Shown: positions 38,445-52,330, counted from the first letter of the stretch. The stretch: DNA of 64,000 nt from Sphyrna mokarran (GCA_024679065.1 JAGIQG010000012.1:47988001-48052000); one strand, 5' to 3'. Notes: a model not told the origin generated them from the letters alone. Made by a program: numbers and translations.

Positions 38445-38735
38445 AATCTGAATTAAAAACAAAAGTGCTGAAAATAGTTAGGATCTGTGGAGGGAAACAG
38501 ATTTAAGGGGCAGGATTTACTGCACAACCCATCACATGTTCCATAGCAAGGAAAGGCAGCCCACCATTGTGGGATCTTCTGATCCTACCATTGTCAATGG
38601 GGCTTCCCAACGAATGCAGATCTCACTGCTGTGAAAGCCACGCTAGGGCTGCACCTTTAGCGGGACCAGAAATTCTGCTGGTGTGAACTGCTGAAAAGTT
38701 CAGTGTTTCAAAGTCAATGATCCTTCATCAGAATA
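38445..38735 (-). repeat. Penelope-derived hammerhead repeat split by a MITE (38508-38703)
   Basis: Reverse complement ctgatgaaggatcattgactttgaaac at 38705-38731; the rest of the repeat (atctgtttccctccacagatcc...) lies at 38445-38506. Confidence 0.6.
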
Positions 38736-40909
38736 GTTTCAACCCCAGTCATGAATCTGACCCCTGGCCCCAACTTCGCTTCATGGCCCATCAGCAAGAA
38801 TTCCCTACCATCATTAAGTTCAGTTCAGTGTATTGGTTCCTGTTTATAATGAATTAATTTGTTTTGGGTAGTTAACAGCAAATAGCGCCTGTGGAATCAT
38901 GCCCAACAAGGAGACAATGCGAAAGAAATTGATGAGGAGAAAGTAGATCATAAGAAAGGGAAAAAAGGAATAATCCGCTGTGTATTTCTAGCATTTTCTT
39001 TTAAGATTTCAAATTTTCAGCATTCCACCCATTTGTTTTTCTGTTCTGGGGTTTAACTGTGTAGACATACAAAACGACAGGGTCAACATACAAAATTGGT
39101 GAGCCTCAAGTAAGACTGGATAAAAGCCTGTAGATTATTAGATATGTGAAGCAAATTTTCTTCAAAAGCAGTTAATGATTTGACAGTTAGCTCTTTTAAA
39201 ATTATAACTTGCTGGATTTCTGCATAGAACAGGATTGAAGGTTATAAGGATAAGTACAGGCACAGAATGATCAAATACCCTATGGAACACTTTGATTTCT
39301 GTTCTGTTGAGACTGTGGAAATGTCATCTGTGGATTGCAACCAGTCAGGGATGAATAATGTAGAATGTAATGTTGGACTGGTGTTGTTTCTTTTTGGCTT
39401 GGTTACCTTTGGGGACCAGGAAGAAATGTCAGTTTTCTTCTTTTTATTTTACCTTTGGTTATTCAGCTACCATGGAAACAAATATCCTCAAAATTAACTT
39501 CTATTTGTTCAGGTATTTGAGCTGAAAAAACATATTGTTCGTTCTCCAGTCTTATCCTCAAGGTTCATACATGGAGTGTTTTTCTCCCTCAACACAGATC
39601 ATCCTGTGTTTCATGCAAATTAACATTGACCTTGATGGAGGTCTATTGTTACCCATTGAAACTCTGGAATGAGACCAGCAGACCATTCAGTGAAACAGTA
39701 GCTGTGACTGAAAAGATTTAGGACAGGAAAACAGTTGAAACCATGCAGAATGTAAGGGCTGATATGATTTAACAGACTGAAAAGAGGTTAAATTATACAG
39801 ATAGCTAAAGATGTTAGTGATTATGTTAAAGAACATATCATATGACATTACTTCTGTCCATTATTTTAGAGAGGCATTAAGACATTTAAAATAAACTGGC
39901 TTGATTAAAATAACAGATGAATGCATAAAGTGTTTATTCTGCTAATAATACCAGTGATAGTTTCCAGGACAGATTTAATTACTCAGAAAAAATAGCAATT
40001 GCATTAGTACTTTGTGATAACTGAAGTCCATCACTTATTTGATCCTTATCAAAGAATCCTCCCTAGAAATTAATTTGCATCAGGCTTTGGACATGAACTC
40101 ATTGACAAACAGCAGCTGCAACATCAGAACTGTCCACATAAAATTAGTCCACCTGCATCAATAGAATATGGCCATGTGAGTAGTAGCCCCCTCTCATCCC
40201 CATTTTAATGTGCCTCCACCTCTACACCCCCATTTTAATGTGGTGGCAAACAAACTCTGGTGCTTCTTCTGATACATCATGCAGTGAATGAAAAATTATT
40301 TTCACTTACTTTTATGGTGGCATTTTCCAGTGGGCCTTTTCTTAAGGTGTCTAGCTTTGCTTCTATGTGCACTCAAGGTTGAGAGATAGAGTGCCATAAG
40401 ATAGCTGAAGGCACTGTCACCAACTATGAACCAAAAGGATGGATAATGCATGGAAGCTTGGCTTCTAAAGAACTGACAATATAGTTGGTATGTTGTTGGA
40501 CTAGCTGAGATTACAGAGAAATAAAGGAATGAGGCCACAGAAGGATTTAAACAAAAGGTTAATAATTTTGAGTCTAAGCTGCAGGGATCAGGACACCACT
40601 GTAGGCCAGTGAGGATGGACAAGGGAGCAGCTGCCACCTGCCTTCTGAGGCAGGAAATATTGTGAGGCATAAAGAACCTATGAAAGGAAGCAAGAAAGAG
40701 TGGAGCACTTGTACCTTCATACTAATGATAAATGGCCAAACGTGCACAGGCTTCCTTTCAGAATGATATCAAAGCACTGTATAGTTGTTTATCTCATTGT
40801 GACCGTTTGCATCAGTAACCTTTCTTCATATTGTATTGACAGTTACTGTTTGCATGTTTTGAAAGGTTTGCTTCATTTTCAACTGGTCATTACTAGTAAA
40901 TGTGATTGA

Positions 40910-41880
40910 TTTATTATTATCACGTGTATTAGTATACAGTGAAAAGCATTGTTTCTTATGTGCCATTCAAACAAAACATCGGGAAGGAAAGGAGAGAGTA
41001 GGGTTACAGTCATAGCTTAGGTCAAAGAAAGATCAGCTTAAAGCGAGGTAGGTTCAATTCTAAAGTGTGGTAGCAGCAGGAAAGAAGCTGTTCTTGAGTC
41101 AGTTGGTTCATGTCCTCAGACTTTTGTACCTTTGGAAGAAGATGGAAGAGAGTACGTCTAGGGTGTGTGGGGTCCTTGATTATGCTGGCTGCTTTTCCAA
41201 GGCAGCAGGAAGTGCAGACAATGTCAACGGATGGGAGGCCAGTTTGAGTAATGACTGGACTTCATTCATGTTTTGTAGTTTCATGTGGTCTTGGGCGAAA
41301 CAGGAGCCACACCAAGCTGTGATACAATGGAAAGAATGTTTTCTGTGGTGTATTTGTAAAAGTTGGTGAGAGTTGTGCAGATATGCCAAATTTCCTAAGT
41401 CTTCTGAGCAAGTAGAGGTGTTGGCTGATTTTCTTAACTACAGTGTTGGCATGAAGGAACCAGGACAAGTTGTTGATCATCTGGGCATCTCAAAAATTGA
41501 AATTCTCAACCATATCTTTTTCATTCTCATTGATGTAAACAGGGGTACACCATCCACTATACTTCCTGATGTCAATGACTATCCCCTTTGTTTTGTTGAC
41601 ATTGAGGGAGAGATTATTGTCATTGTTCCAATTCATCAGATTCTCTCTTTCTTATACTGCGTCTTGTCATTGTTTGAGATCTGACCCATAATGGTGATGT
41701 CATCAGCAAACTTGAAAATCGATTTGGAGGGGAATTTGGCCATACAGTCATAGTTGTATAAGAGGCTGAAGTCACAGTATTGAGGAGCACCGGTATTGAG
41801 GATGTGTTGTTGCCTATTCTGACTGCGGTCTATGGGTTAGGAAGTCTAAGATTCAGTTGCAGAGGGAGGAGCCAAGCCGA
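40910..41880 (-). mobile_element. Rex1/Babar-like LINE 3' fragment
   Basis: NNLSW..H.NTVVKKISQHLYLLRRLRKFG and CITAWCGSC.AQDHMKLQ; reverse-complement FKFADD at ~41700. Confidence 0.8.
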
Positions 41881-42899
41881 AATGGTAGTATTTAATTATT
41901 GTGACCTGTGAGTCAATCATAAAATAAATCTCCTTGCCTACATCTTTATTTTTTTTCACCCAAGAATTACACATGTAATGTTACTTAAATCGTTTTTCTT
42001 TTTGCTCTGGTTATTGTACAAGTCTTACCTTATATTTACTGTCAACCTAACATGTTCTACTGAATGAAGTGACTTCCAAGTAAGATGGATAACTTGAATA
42101 CTTGCTTCTGGTCATCTTGCTAACTTGGAATAAATTAAAGCTGTTATAACCATTCAAACACACAAACTTGCATAGAAACAAAATTGTTAGTTGGCACGGC
42201 TTAGTTTTTAGAGTTTTAACGTTGTTACGGATTAGCAATGTTGGAAGCATGCCATTGCTGACAAGGGAATGGGTTTGGATGTGTTGACGGTATGGGGTGA
42301 GGTATTAAAGTATCATCAGGTCAGAAACCTGACATCATCCAACTCACTACTGGTTTTACTTGGGTGTGTTTGAAGGCAAGCGGGAAAGTGGCCTGGAATT
42401 GTTAGGTAAGTCATTTCAATATTTACAAAGGCAATTCTTTGCGAATGTAATGCAGCATTCTGACCTGAGCAACAAGCTCACAGGTTCCCTATGCTGCGTG
42501 GATCTTGTTGGAATCAAAAAGTCAAGAACACATTTTTTTCGGGAATCATTTTTCAATTAAATGAAAGGCTCCAAGTCACAATCTGGACCACTCACATGAA
42601 AAGCTTACAGCACTATTTCTGAGTACTTCATAGGTGCTTTGCAACTTCTTGAAAGCCATTGTACATACCTTGGGCTCCACTCACTCTGATCTGACTCACC
42701 CTGATGCCAATCTTCACTACAACATAGAAACAGCTTATGCAGCTTTACCTTGAGTCCTAATGAGTAACAAACAGAGCACCAACACCAAAAGAACCATGAA
42801 GAGCAGGAGTAGAATCAGTTCCAGCTTCAGCTCCAGCTGACTTCTCCTCAGCCATTTGTCACTCCACAGGACAGAAGGGATGATACAGAGAACCAAATC

Positions 42900-43135
42900 C
42901 AAGGAGATGAGACCTCCCCTCAAGAAATGGCCTACAGGTAAAGGATCAGCTTTCCCGACATCTATGAATACCAGTACGTCAGGAGACCCACACTTTCATG
43001 ACGGGTCCTCCCTTCCATCTGTAGCCCCCTGAGGTAAAGCCTTCTTCATCATGAACCCAGTGGACAGGAATGGCCGTCAAGGTGGCTATCACTGAAGGGA
43101 CAGTAGTTCCTCTGGTTCTCCACCTCGGTCTGGTA
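42900..43135 (+). mobile_element. PIF/Harbinger (HARBI1-like) transposase N-terminal remnant
   Basis: AYR*RISFPDIYEYQYVRR (cf. VYRxRxSFLDMSExQCxRRLR), followed by MAVKVAI (cf. PVAVKVTVAL). Confidence 0.55.
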
Positions 43136-43234
43136 TTATGCACTCTCTTATTCTGTAAGTGGATTCTAGCAGTTCAAAAAGAGTTTACCACCATTTTCTT
43201 CAGGGATGCGCAATAAATTTTGTGAATTGAAAAT

Positions 43235-44418
43235 CATGTCACGCGAATTTGACTGAGTTTTTTGAAAGGGTAATCAAGAGGATAGATAGGCAGTGCAGTT
43301 GATTTGTCTACATGGATTTCAGCAAGGCCTTTAACAAGATACCACATGGGAGGTTGTTGCACAATGTTAAGTCTTATGGGATCCAGAGTGAGGTAGCCAA
43401 TTGGATACAAAATTGGCTTGATGACAGAGGGCGGTTGTAGAGATTTTTCAAACTGGAGGTTTGTGACCAGCAATGTGTCTCAGGGACTGGTACTTGGTCT
43501 GCTGTTATTTTTCATTTTATTAATTTTTATTTTTTATTAATGATTTGGATGAGAATTTAGAAGGCATGGTTAATAAGTTTGCAGATGACACCAAGATTGG
43601 TATCACAGTGGACAATGAAGAAGGTTATCTGGGATTTTAAAGGGACCAATGGGCTGATGAATGGCAGATGGAATTTAATTTAAATAAATTGAGGTGATGC
43701 ATTTTGGTAGATTGAACCAGGGCAGGATTTACTCAGTTAATGGTAGGGAGTTGGCAAGAGTTACAGAACAAAGGGATCAAGGGTTGCAGTTTCATAGCTC
43801 CTTGAAAATGAAGTCACAGGTGGTGAGGGTAGTGAAGAAGGTATTCAGCATGCTTGGTTTCATTGGATAGAACATTGAGTAGAATTGGGACATTTTGTTG
43901 AAGTTGTACAAGACAACACTTGGAATAATGAATACAATTCTGATCACCCCATTACAGAAAAAATATTCTTAAACTCGAAAGAGTGCAAGAAAAAGATTTA
44001 CAAGGATGCCAGTGGGATTTGATGGTTTCAGTTATAAGGAGAGGCTGGATAGAGTGGGACATTTTCTCTGGAACATAGGAGGTCTATAAAATAATGAGGG
44101 GCATAGATGAGGTAGATAGTCACTATCTTTTCCCAAAGGTAGGGGCGTATAAATCTAGAGGATATCGGTTTAAGGTGACAGGAGGGTTTAGAAGAGCAAC
44201 ATTTTTACATAGAGGGTGGTGACTGTTTGGAATGAGCTGCCAGAGTAGAGGCAGGTACAATTTTGTCTTCTAAAAAAACATTTGGACAGCTACATAAGTA
44301 AGATGGATATAGAGCGACCAAACAAAGGCAATTGGGAATAGTTTAGTGGTGAAAACAAGGCAATATGTACAAGTTGAGCTGAAGGCCTTGTTTTCATGCT
44401 GTAAACTTCTGTGACTCT
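43235..44418 (+). mobile_element. CR1 LINE RT and 3' end inserted into another LINE 3' end
   Basis: SC.TNL.EFFE.V, YMDFSKAFNKIPHGRL, KFADDTKIG and CR1 tail. The flanks join as ...gcaataaat / aaatactggcttagccagtgatg. Confidence 0.9.
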
Positions 44419-44589
44419 AAATACTGGCTTAGCCAGTGATGACCATATTCCATGAACAAATAAGAAAAAAAACTGTTATTTGGTAGTACAAAGCTTGAAG
44501 CACATGTTAAAGTTTTTCATCATGCACTTATCAGGACATTTGCAAGATAACCAAATGCTCTATCTCAGCATCAGGCCTGCATGGTGAGC

Positions 44590-44755
44590 AAATGGTTTGT
44601 GCCCTTTTTACAAGTCTGTGAATAAGGCCAATCTTACATGTGGAATGTAGGAATTCAAAAATTGTGTCAATATTTGTTTGTTTATGCTTCTGTGAAGCAC
44701 CTTGGTATGTTTTATGACATTAAAGGTGTTGCATGGATGCAAGTTGATGTAAAAT
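44590..44755 (+). mobile_element. L2-type 3' terminus
   Basis: tctgtgaagcaccttggtatgttttatgacattaaaggtg...gcaagttg. Confidence 0.5.
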
Positions 44756-45524
44756 AAATGATGAATTATCTTTTCTCCCTTTGTGTCAAACATGATGCAG
44801 ATTGTTCAATGCCATGTTTCATTAACGGGAGAGTCTGTTCAGTTGAGTGTAACCCAAATGTAATCATGGATGCTGAAATGTTCCTTGTTCTGAGGTGTAA
44901 AATTCATTTCCATTCAATTGAAAGAAGCTACAAGGCATCCTTTCCCAGCAGTGTTAGCGTCTGATTTTATTCTACATTTTTGCTATTATTGAAAAACAAG
45001 TTGCGAGGTGTGAATCAGCTGCTGTGAATTGATTTGGGAAATGGATTATATGATGGAACTCTGGAGCTGCACTGAAAGAACTGAAGAACTAAAGTGTGAT
45101 CCACTTTTAAGATTCTGTTTGCTTTCCTAATCTGAGGATGAGATATCGAGAAACAACTCCAAAGTGAAGGATTGAAATATTCTGAATAATGAAGCATCTA
45201 AAAGAGCTTTTTGACATTTCTTTTTCTGGGGATATACTGTCTTCCATTCACTGCCCATGACAGGTCCAAAAAAGCCTAACCAGAGCAAGTGTGAAATTAA
45301 TATTCATGTTGCACTGCATTGATTGTTACATCAAGAAGATGTTGACAATTTCACTGCGATACCTCGAAGGCATTCTTCACTGTGTTCGGTGAAAGTCTCA
45401 GTCTAGCTCTGTTAATGGCTTACTGCGCTAGTGAGAAATACTAATGTTTTGCTTTGATTTGCAAAAAGGGCTCACTTGAGAGCGACCCAGTTGACCGTTA
45501 GCTTCTGGTTGATGCTACTTTAGA

Positions 45525-45586
45525 CACAGATGGTAAGTTTGAATTTCCATTATTAAAATAAAATATTTCTTGGCTTACCATCTGTG
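45525..45586. repeat. 13-bp perfect inverted repeat (hairpin)
   Basis: cacagatggtaag (45525-37) / cttaccatctgtg (45574-86) with a 36-nt AT-rich spacer. Confidence 0.9.
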
Positions 45587-46374
45587 CCCTATTATTAGCA
45601 TGTCCTCATATCAATTAGGAAGTAATGGGCACATGTGTATCTATGTGTTACCTAGCCCAATTGAGGATAACGTGGATGACTGAAGGACAAGACTGAAGGT
45701 CAACCCATCAGTTGTCCAATTTATCCTCTACTCAGCAAGACTGTACACCACCTAGTTCTTTATTGCTTTTCAGCCACAATTAAAAAGTTTAATATAAACT
45801 TAAGGATTTCTTTTAACTGAACTGAAAATACAGTAAAGAGATGTGCAACATTGTTGACATTGGAAATTTAATTGTGATATCATTAGGTCTCATTCAAGAG
45901 GAACTGCTGATCAGAAATTAGTGACAGTACAGGTTAAAAAGGGTTAATTATTAAATTTAGACTTGATTTAATTTTGCAACATGCAGCCTAATTATTGGAA
46001 CCCAAATTTGTCCCTTTAAACTATTTAGGTTGACAGAGATATAACAATTAGGTGGACTAGATGCTGAATTATTGAATAATACCAAACGTTATTGAATATA
46101 AGCAAAATTAGGCAACAATATAGTTGTCAATCGATCAAAGACACATTAGTCAACCAAAGACTAATTAATCAGTTTTCTCAATGAATTAAAACTTAGCAAC
46201 TAACTAATAAGAGGAAATAAAGGTGAAGTGTCCTCATCAACAAAACCTTGCAGATTTCACATCATCCAATGGATGGCCAAACCAGAAAGAGCAGGAAACA
46301 ATGTCAACCTTTCATGCCAACAAGTATTTGTATCTGACTCCAAAGAAAACTGCACTTTCCTGGGATCCACGCTG

Positions 46375-46465
46375 ATCCATCTGATAAAGGGACGGTGCAC
46401 CAAAAGCTCGCGTTACCAAATAAACTTGTTGGACTTTAACCTGGTGTTGTGAGATGACTTACTAT
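46375..46465 (+). repeat. Degenerate copy of the 3930 hammerhead repeat
   Basis: ctgataaagggacggtgcaccaaaagctcg...aataaacttgttggactttaacctggtgttgtgaga; catalytic core mutated. Confidence 0.7.
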
Positions 46466-48749
46466 AATGCAACTGGTAGGACAGAATTCTCCTATCTGGA
46501 GACTGTGAATGGGATTTTCCTGCCCTCCATTCTGGTGGGATTTTCCAGTTCTGCCAATGGCACATCCCATTGTAGGTTTCCCAGTGGCAGGGGGTAAATT
46601 CAATAGGACATCCCACCGACAATAGCAGTATCAGAAGATCTCACCACCAGCCAATGGTGAACTGTCTCCTGCTGCCGAGAAGCGAACCAGCAGTGAATTG
46701 TACCCTAAGTTCCAGGGCAGGGTTGGAATTTGCATTGTTTTCCATTATAGAAGCCAGCAGGAACCATGTCTTACCTTTCAGTCCCAACCCCATTAATTAT
46801 GCACGCAGGAATTTTGCGCGATATTCTGTGGCAGAATAGCCCTGACGACATGTAGTCTTCTGCACTATCCATATTGAAAAGCACCCAATATCACTGACCC
46901 ACCATTGAAGAAAGCAGATAGATATTCTGAGAAAAAGGATGGATCACTAGGAACATTCTGAGACCGGAGGATGGACCTGCTCCAGGACACTGAATCTGGA
47001 AGATCCATGTTAGGTTGTTTCCCACCACCACCACCACCATCCCCTCCCCCTGCCCCCCGCCCCCCGCCCCACTATTGCTGTAGTGTTCTGGGTTCCATAG
47101 CTGCTGGCAGTCCATCCTGAATTCCAGAGGCAACACCAAACATTGTTCAGGTCAGTACTCACATCTGCACACCACATTGCTCCAGTTATGTTTTCCATGG
47201 CATCTTTTCCCTTGATGTCATTGAGATTTGGGCATGAGGAAAATTCCAGCTGAGACTTCATTGACATTCCATTAGTGAGATGCAGAACATATTCATGGCC
47301 CTCCAGTGGGTTTCAGAATTCACCACGGTCAGCACGATTGGAAGATCCTGCAGGAAATTCACGTCAGCCTAAAACTGATCTTTTGGCCTCCCACCGAATT
47401 ATCCCCACCCACCTTTGAACCCATCAATGGGGGACTGGAGAAATTTGCACTTATTGATTATTTGATTTTGAATTCTTTACTCCACAATTATGAATTAATT
47501 GAGGTACTTCCTTCTGATATAATCATCTGTTGCTGGTTGGTGACTACTTCACATTGTCAAAGGTTAGCAACATCAGCATGGCTTATTTTCTGATCACGTT
47601 AGTACAAAATGGTGACTTGATCTCATTAGTTTGTTGCAGAATAAGTGTTTGTTAAAAAAACCTTCAATAATAAAATGCTTAAGTTAAGCAAGTGTACTAA
47701 ATGCTACTAGACTAAAATCTAAAATCTAAGCCGATCTCCAATCGTTTTCATATTTTAGCAATTAAATGAATGGTGTATGAACATCTTAACTGGGCAAAGA
47801 TGCAGCATATTTTCCTGACAACGAACAATTGCATCTCCACATCATAACAAATAATTATAACGGCTGATAATTCCAGTGAGATTTAGAATTGATTCATCAA
47901 TATTATTTCTATCTGCAAGTCACTCTTCAATTTTAACAATCCTTACACCCTAGAATGCCAAACAGCTTTACTTCATCTGAAGAAATATGTTGTGTTGTTT
48001 TCTCTTTGATATGCACTGTACCCAACTGCACCTATCTCTGTAAATCAGGGCTGGCTCATTTACATCTTGGTTGTGAGGCCTTGAAAAGCAAGAGTAATTG
48101 CATGCAGAAGCTGTGTTTATCTCTTTTTGATGTCACTTAGGAATATGAAAGGGCTGGTGGTAATTATGTGTGTGACTAGATAGTAGCAAAAAGGTGTAAT
48201 TAATATTATTGCAATATTGTTAACATTCAAATGTACTAATATTCTCTGAAAATATTTTAATTTTTCTAACATTAATTCAGATTTAACTCAAATAATTTCA
48301 ATTGTTTCACTATTAAGCAATGATTTAGCGATAAGCATTTTAATTCATAGTTGTCATATTGAAAACTATTTACATGGTTCAGCAATTACTGCCAGAAAGT
48401 ATATGTATTCACAACCATCAAACCAAAACTATCTGCATTATTTAGTAATTACTACTTGCATTTATATGCATCTTGCTTGGTGATTCTGTGCAATATTTTG
48501 CTTGCATGCTGTTACAAACACAGAAATAGATAAATTGCTCCTCATGGTGAGTCAGGAACTTTGTACAGAGGGATGATACCAAGTTGCATTACCAAGGACA
48601 TTGTTTTATTAGCAATAGAGTGAAGAAGATTTAGAAGGGAGCTTATTGGAGTGGTAATACTATGTTAGGCTTTGCAAACTGTGAGGGCATCTCAGTTTTT
48701 GAGAGCACAGCAAGAGCGGTTCAGGACACATTAAAGAGGGAGAATCTGA

Positions 48750-49050
48750 AAGTATGGATTAATACCCTGCTCTAACTGTGAGGAGGATTTTGAGACAATT
48801 GGGAAATTCTCTGGACTAATGGGATACTGGATAATGTGATTTAGAATCTATAGCACTGATATCAATTTATGTTATCTGTTGTAGTTAGATATTTGAGTAA
48901 AAGATGCTGGGTGGGGTCTATACAGGATGGAGATGGAGGTTTCTGAACAGTGACTGGAGGTGCAGTGGAAAGTTCTAGTCACACTGGGGAGTTGTTGGGA
49001 TATGAATCTATTAAAGTAGCAGGGTCCAAAACTGCATTTGATGCCACCCT
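48750..49050 (-). mobile_element. Possible Penelope RT remnant
   Basis: Reverse complement has GP.Y, SILY.P and YLTT/SIP-like patches in PLE order. Confidence 0.25.
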
Positions 49051-49543
49051 TTGAGTCTTGATAACTACATTATTCTCCTTAGCATGTTATATTCATAACA
49101 TCTCGTGTCAAAACTTCCATGCAGCAAGTTGCATCAGATTAACAATAATGCCTCATGTGTTCTGCTCCTTTTTACCGAATTTGACAAACTTACCTTAGTC
49201 AACTAATTTACATGTCCTGAAAGGCATCTCCAGAAAGAAACTTATTGAAATTAGAGCGAATCCCACTCTAAATATTGTAGCTATGGTCTGAGAAGCAACA
49301 GATACATTTGAAAGTGTTTGGATCACTGGGTTCACTGTCAGGTAGTTGGATTGTACTACTCATCTGTCTTTTTGCTCCAGTTTGCAAGAATGTATACTCA
49401 TAACAAGTCAGAAACAAGGGTGAATGCTAAACAGAAATCTCTTCCTAAAGATCATTGCTAGCTGCAGTAATTGCTATTGAAGCAATCATCAGACTGAAAA
49501 ATTCTTTCCTTTCTCCATTCTTGGCTGATGCCAACAATAGTTG

Positions 49544-49825
49544 GTGGCACAGTGGTTAGCACTGTTGTCTTACAGCATCAAGCATTCAGGTTCAATTCCC
49601 AGCTTGGGTCATTGGCTATGTGGAGTTTGTATGCTCTCCTTGTGTCTGCATGGGTTTCCTCCAGGTCCTCAGTTTCCTCCTGCAGTCTAAAAGACGTGCT
49701 TGAATTTAGCCATGTTAAATTCTCCCTCAGTGCATCTGAACAGGAATGGGTGACTGGAGGATTTTCACAGTAAGTGCACTGCAGTATTAACATAGGCATA
49801 CTTGTAACACTAACAAAGAAATAAA
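49544..49825 (+). mobile_element. tRNA/V-domain SINE (alternative tail)
   Basis: gtggcacagtggttagcactg head, V core, and ggattttcacagtaa...gcagtattaac..aggcatacttgtaacactaa tail. Confidence 0.88.
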
Positions 49826-50224
49826 TAGTTGCATCTTTATTTCTTGCTAAGTTTACCTCATATAAAACCAGCAAATGTTGGGCTGCAGTGTCACTGATCA
49901 TTGTCATATACTTAAATGAGCAATAAACAGTTCAGCAGGTGAAATGCTGGAAAGCACAAATTACTTTCGGCCTTTAAAGGTGGAAACTGATTGAAACTGC
50001 TTCTATCTTAGTCTACCAACTCATCAAATAAATTGTTATAATAATTGAGGCAGAAATGCTGAAAATTGAATGGAATTTTAGGACCAGTGTATTGGAAATT
50101 AAAATAAATGAGTATTGATCAATAGTTTTGCATTTCAAGAAAATCAATTGAATATGTTGGCTGTCTTCATGGTAATAGTCTTGCCTCTGAAAGTTATTAG
50201 TTCCTGACCACTCCAAGATTTGAG

Positions 50225-50560
50225 ACCATAAAAAGGCAAACACTCCAGTGCTGCCTTAAGGAAGTGATATATTATGTGGAGTGCTGTGTTTTTCAGAAGA
50301 AGTGTTGAAATCAAACCGGTTCAGGTAGATAAAAATATTTCCTTGGCACAATTTGAAGAAAAGCAGGAAGATTTTGCAGTGTTCTAGCCAATGCTATTTC
50401 ATCACCAACTACTGCCAAAAATGGTCATTAACTTCATTTGCAGGTGGAGGGATTTCCCTGAGTAAAAATTGGCTGTGAGGTTAATCGATAAAGCAGCAAT
50501 GATTACACTTGAATAGATGGTTGAAGGATGAGATAATGCATAATATAAATTATTTCTTTC
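50225..50560 (+). mobile_element. Deu-domain SINE
   Basis: cactccagtgctg...ggagtgctg, cttggcacaatttgaagaaaagcaggaag...ctagccaat, ending gcataatataaat. Confidence 0.6.
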
Positions 50561-51629
50561 TATACCCTGCGTTCTTATGCCTCAATTTATATTGACAGGA
50601 ACACTGCTAAATAACAATAACAGATGATGGAGTTGAATGCTCTCTCCTGAGGCGAGTTTGGTGGTGGCAGGAAGTAGCTAATTGGTTGGCTGGTTGCCAC
50701 GGTATCACTTGGACACCTTCCTGTCTCTGACCTAATTTAATCTGGAGCAGGAAGGCTTACGGATGACACTCCAAACCTGCCACCAGTTGAGGTCTTTAAG
50801 TAAACAATTATTACTTCTCAGCTTCAACCTGTAGCCACTCGTTTTCATCCAAAGGTGGACAAGCATGTCCATTTTTTCTGACACCCCTAACTTGACCTAG
50901 CCACCCCATTCCAGTCCCACTTTCTCTCATCTGTGATTTTTGGTCACTCACTAATTCTGGGCCTCTCATGTGCGTTGGTGGCAGCTACTGCCCCTGCTCC
51001 GACAGCTACCTTGATCTCAGAGAAGGCCATTTAATTGCCAGGCACTGAATGAGCTGGCTTTCCTCAGTAGAGGAACACAGGGCTCTCACCAGCCTTTACC
51101 CAAAGATCGAGACCTCTGGCACCTGGATTAAATTCCTCGCAGCATACATGTAGAAAACTACCACCCAGATGAGGCACAGAATTAATTTAGTTGGCAAAGT
51201 TACTAGATAACTATCAAATCCATTGTTTTCTTAGAACAAAATGATCCTTGATGTGTATAAACTATTACAACATACCCATGCGGAACAGATTTTCAAATGA
51301 ATAAAACCACATTAAACAATTAAAAATCAATGGACTGCATGAAGAAAATACCCAAGAATTCACTTTCAGAATTAAATTTAAATCCAAAATGATAAGGTAA
51401 AATTCCCCACTCTCAATGACAGTCCAAACAGATTTTGCATTCACAGCATGAAGAATTAATGAAAGTCAGGGGTTGGTGAAATTGGTCTTTCGTGATAGGC
51501 AATACTGAATAGCTTGTTCCAAAACCAACCTGTCATTATTAAGTCAAAGATAAAAGGGACCGTTGACTTGACCAATAGTTTTGCGCAACCACCAAAGATC
51601 CATTTCACCCCCAAAAATTCCATTGCAAT

Positions 51630-52330
51630 TGACATATTGATAAGATAACATGAATGATAGTTGGTTTGAAAATTATACTATACATCACATAACAGGCTTA
51701 TCACAAAGTTGAAGCCCATGGAATAAAAGCACAGTGACAGCATGACTATGAAAATGGCTGGATGACAGGAAACAAAGGGCAGGAATTTCAGGCAGGACCA
51801 ACCATGGGGGATGTGGCAGATCAGCCTAAAGTCCATTGACTTTCAGCGGGACTCGTGAATCTCAGTGGCATGCAGGGCTTGGAAATATCAGCCAAAGAAC
51901 ATGGTGATTTTCTTTCCAGGCTGGATAAATCTACACCTTGGGACTCCCCAGTCTTCGGTATCAGGGCCAATTTTTCCTGATTTATATTCATGACCTTGGC
52001 TGAGTGTGAGGATAAAGTTCAGAATTTGTAGAGGACATCAAACTTTTAAGTATTATGAACTTGTGAGAAGGATAGTAACATACTTTAATAAGGCAGAGGC
52101 TGGTAGAATGAGCAGACAGGCAGCAGATGAAATTTAAAGTTGAAAAGTATGAAATGATACATTTTGATAGGAAGAATGAAGAGAGACAAATCAAAATAAA
52201 GGATAACATTCTAAAGGGGATGGAGGAGCAAAGTGCTTGGGGTTTATTGACAAGGTGGAGGTGATAGGGTAGACTAAGAAAATGTTTAATAAGACATATG
52301 GAATCCAAGACTTTATAAATGGAGGCAAAG
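51630..52330 (+). mobile_element. CR1 RT fragment with nested MITE (51777-51893, AAA duplication)
   Basis: KVEAHGIK...W...WL..RKQ, then W...WQMKF...K.EMIHF.RKN. MITE termini gggcaggaatttc / ggaaatatcagcc. Confidence 0.7.
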
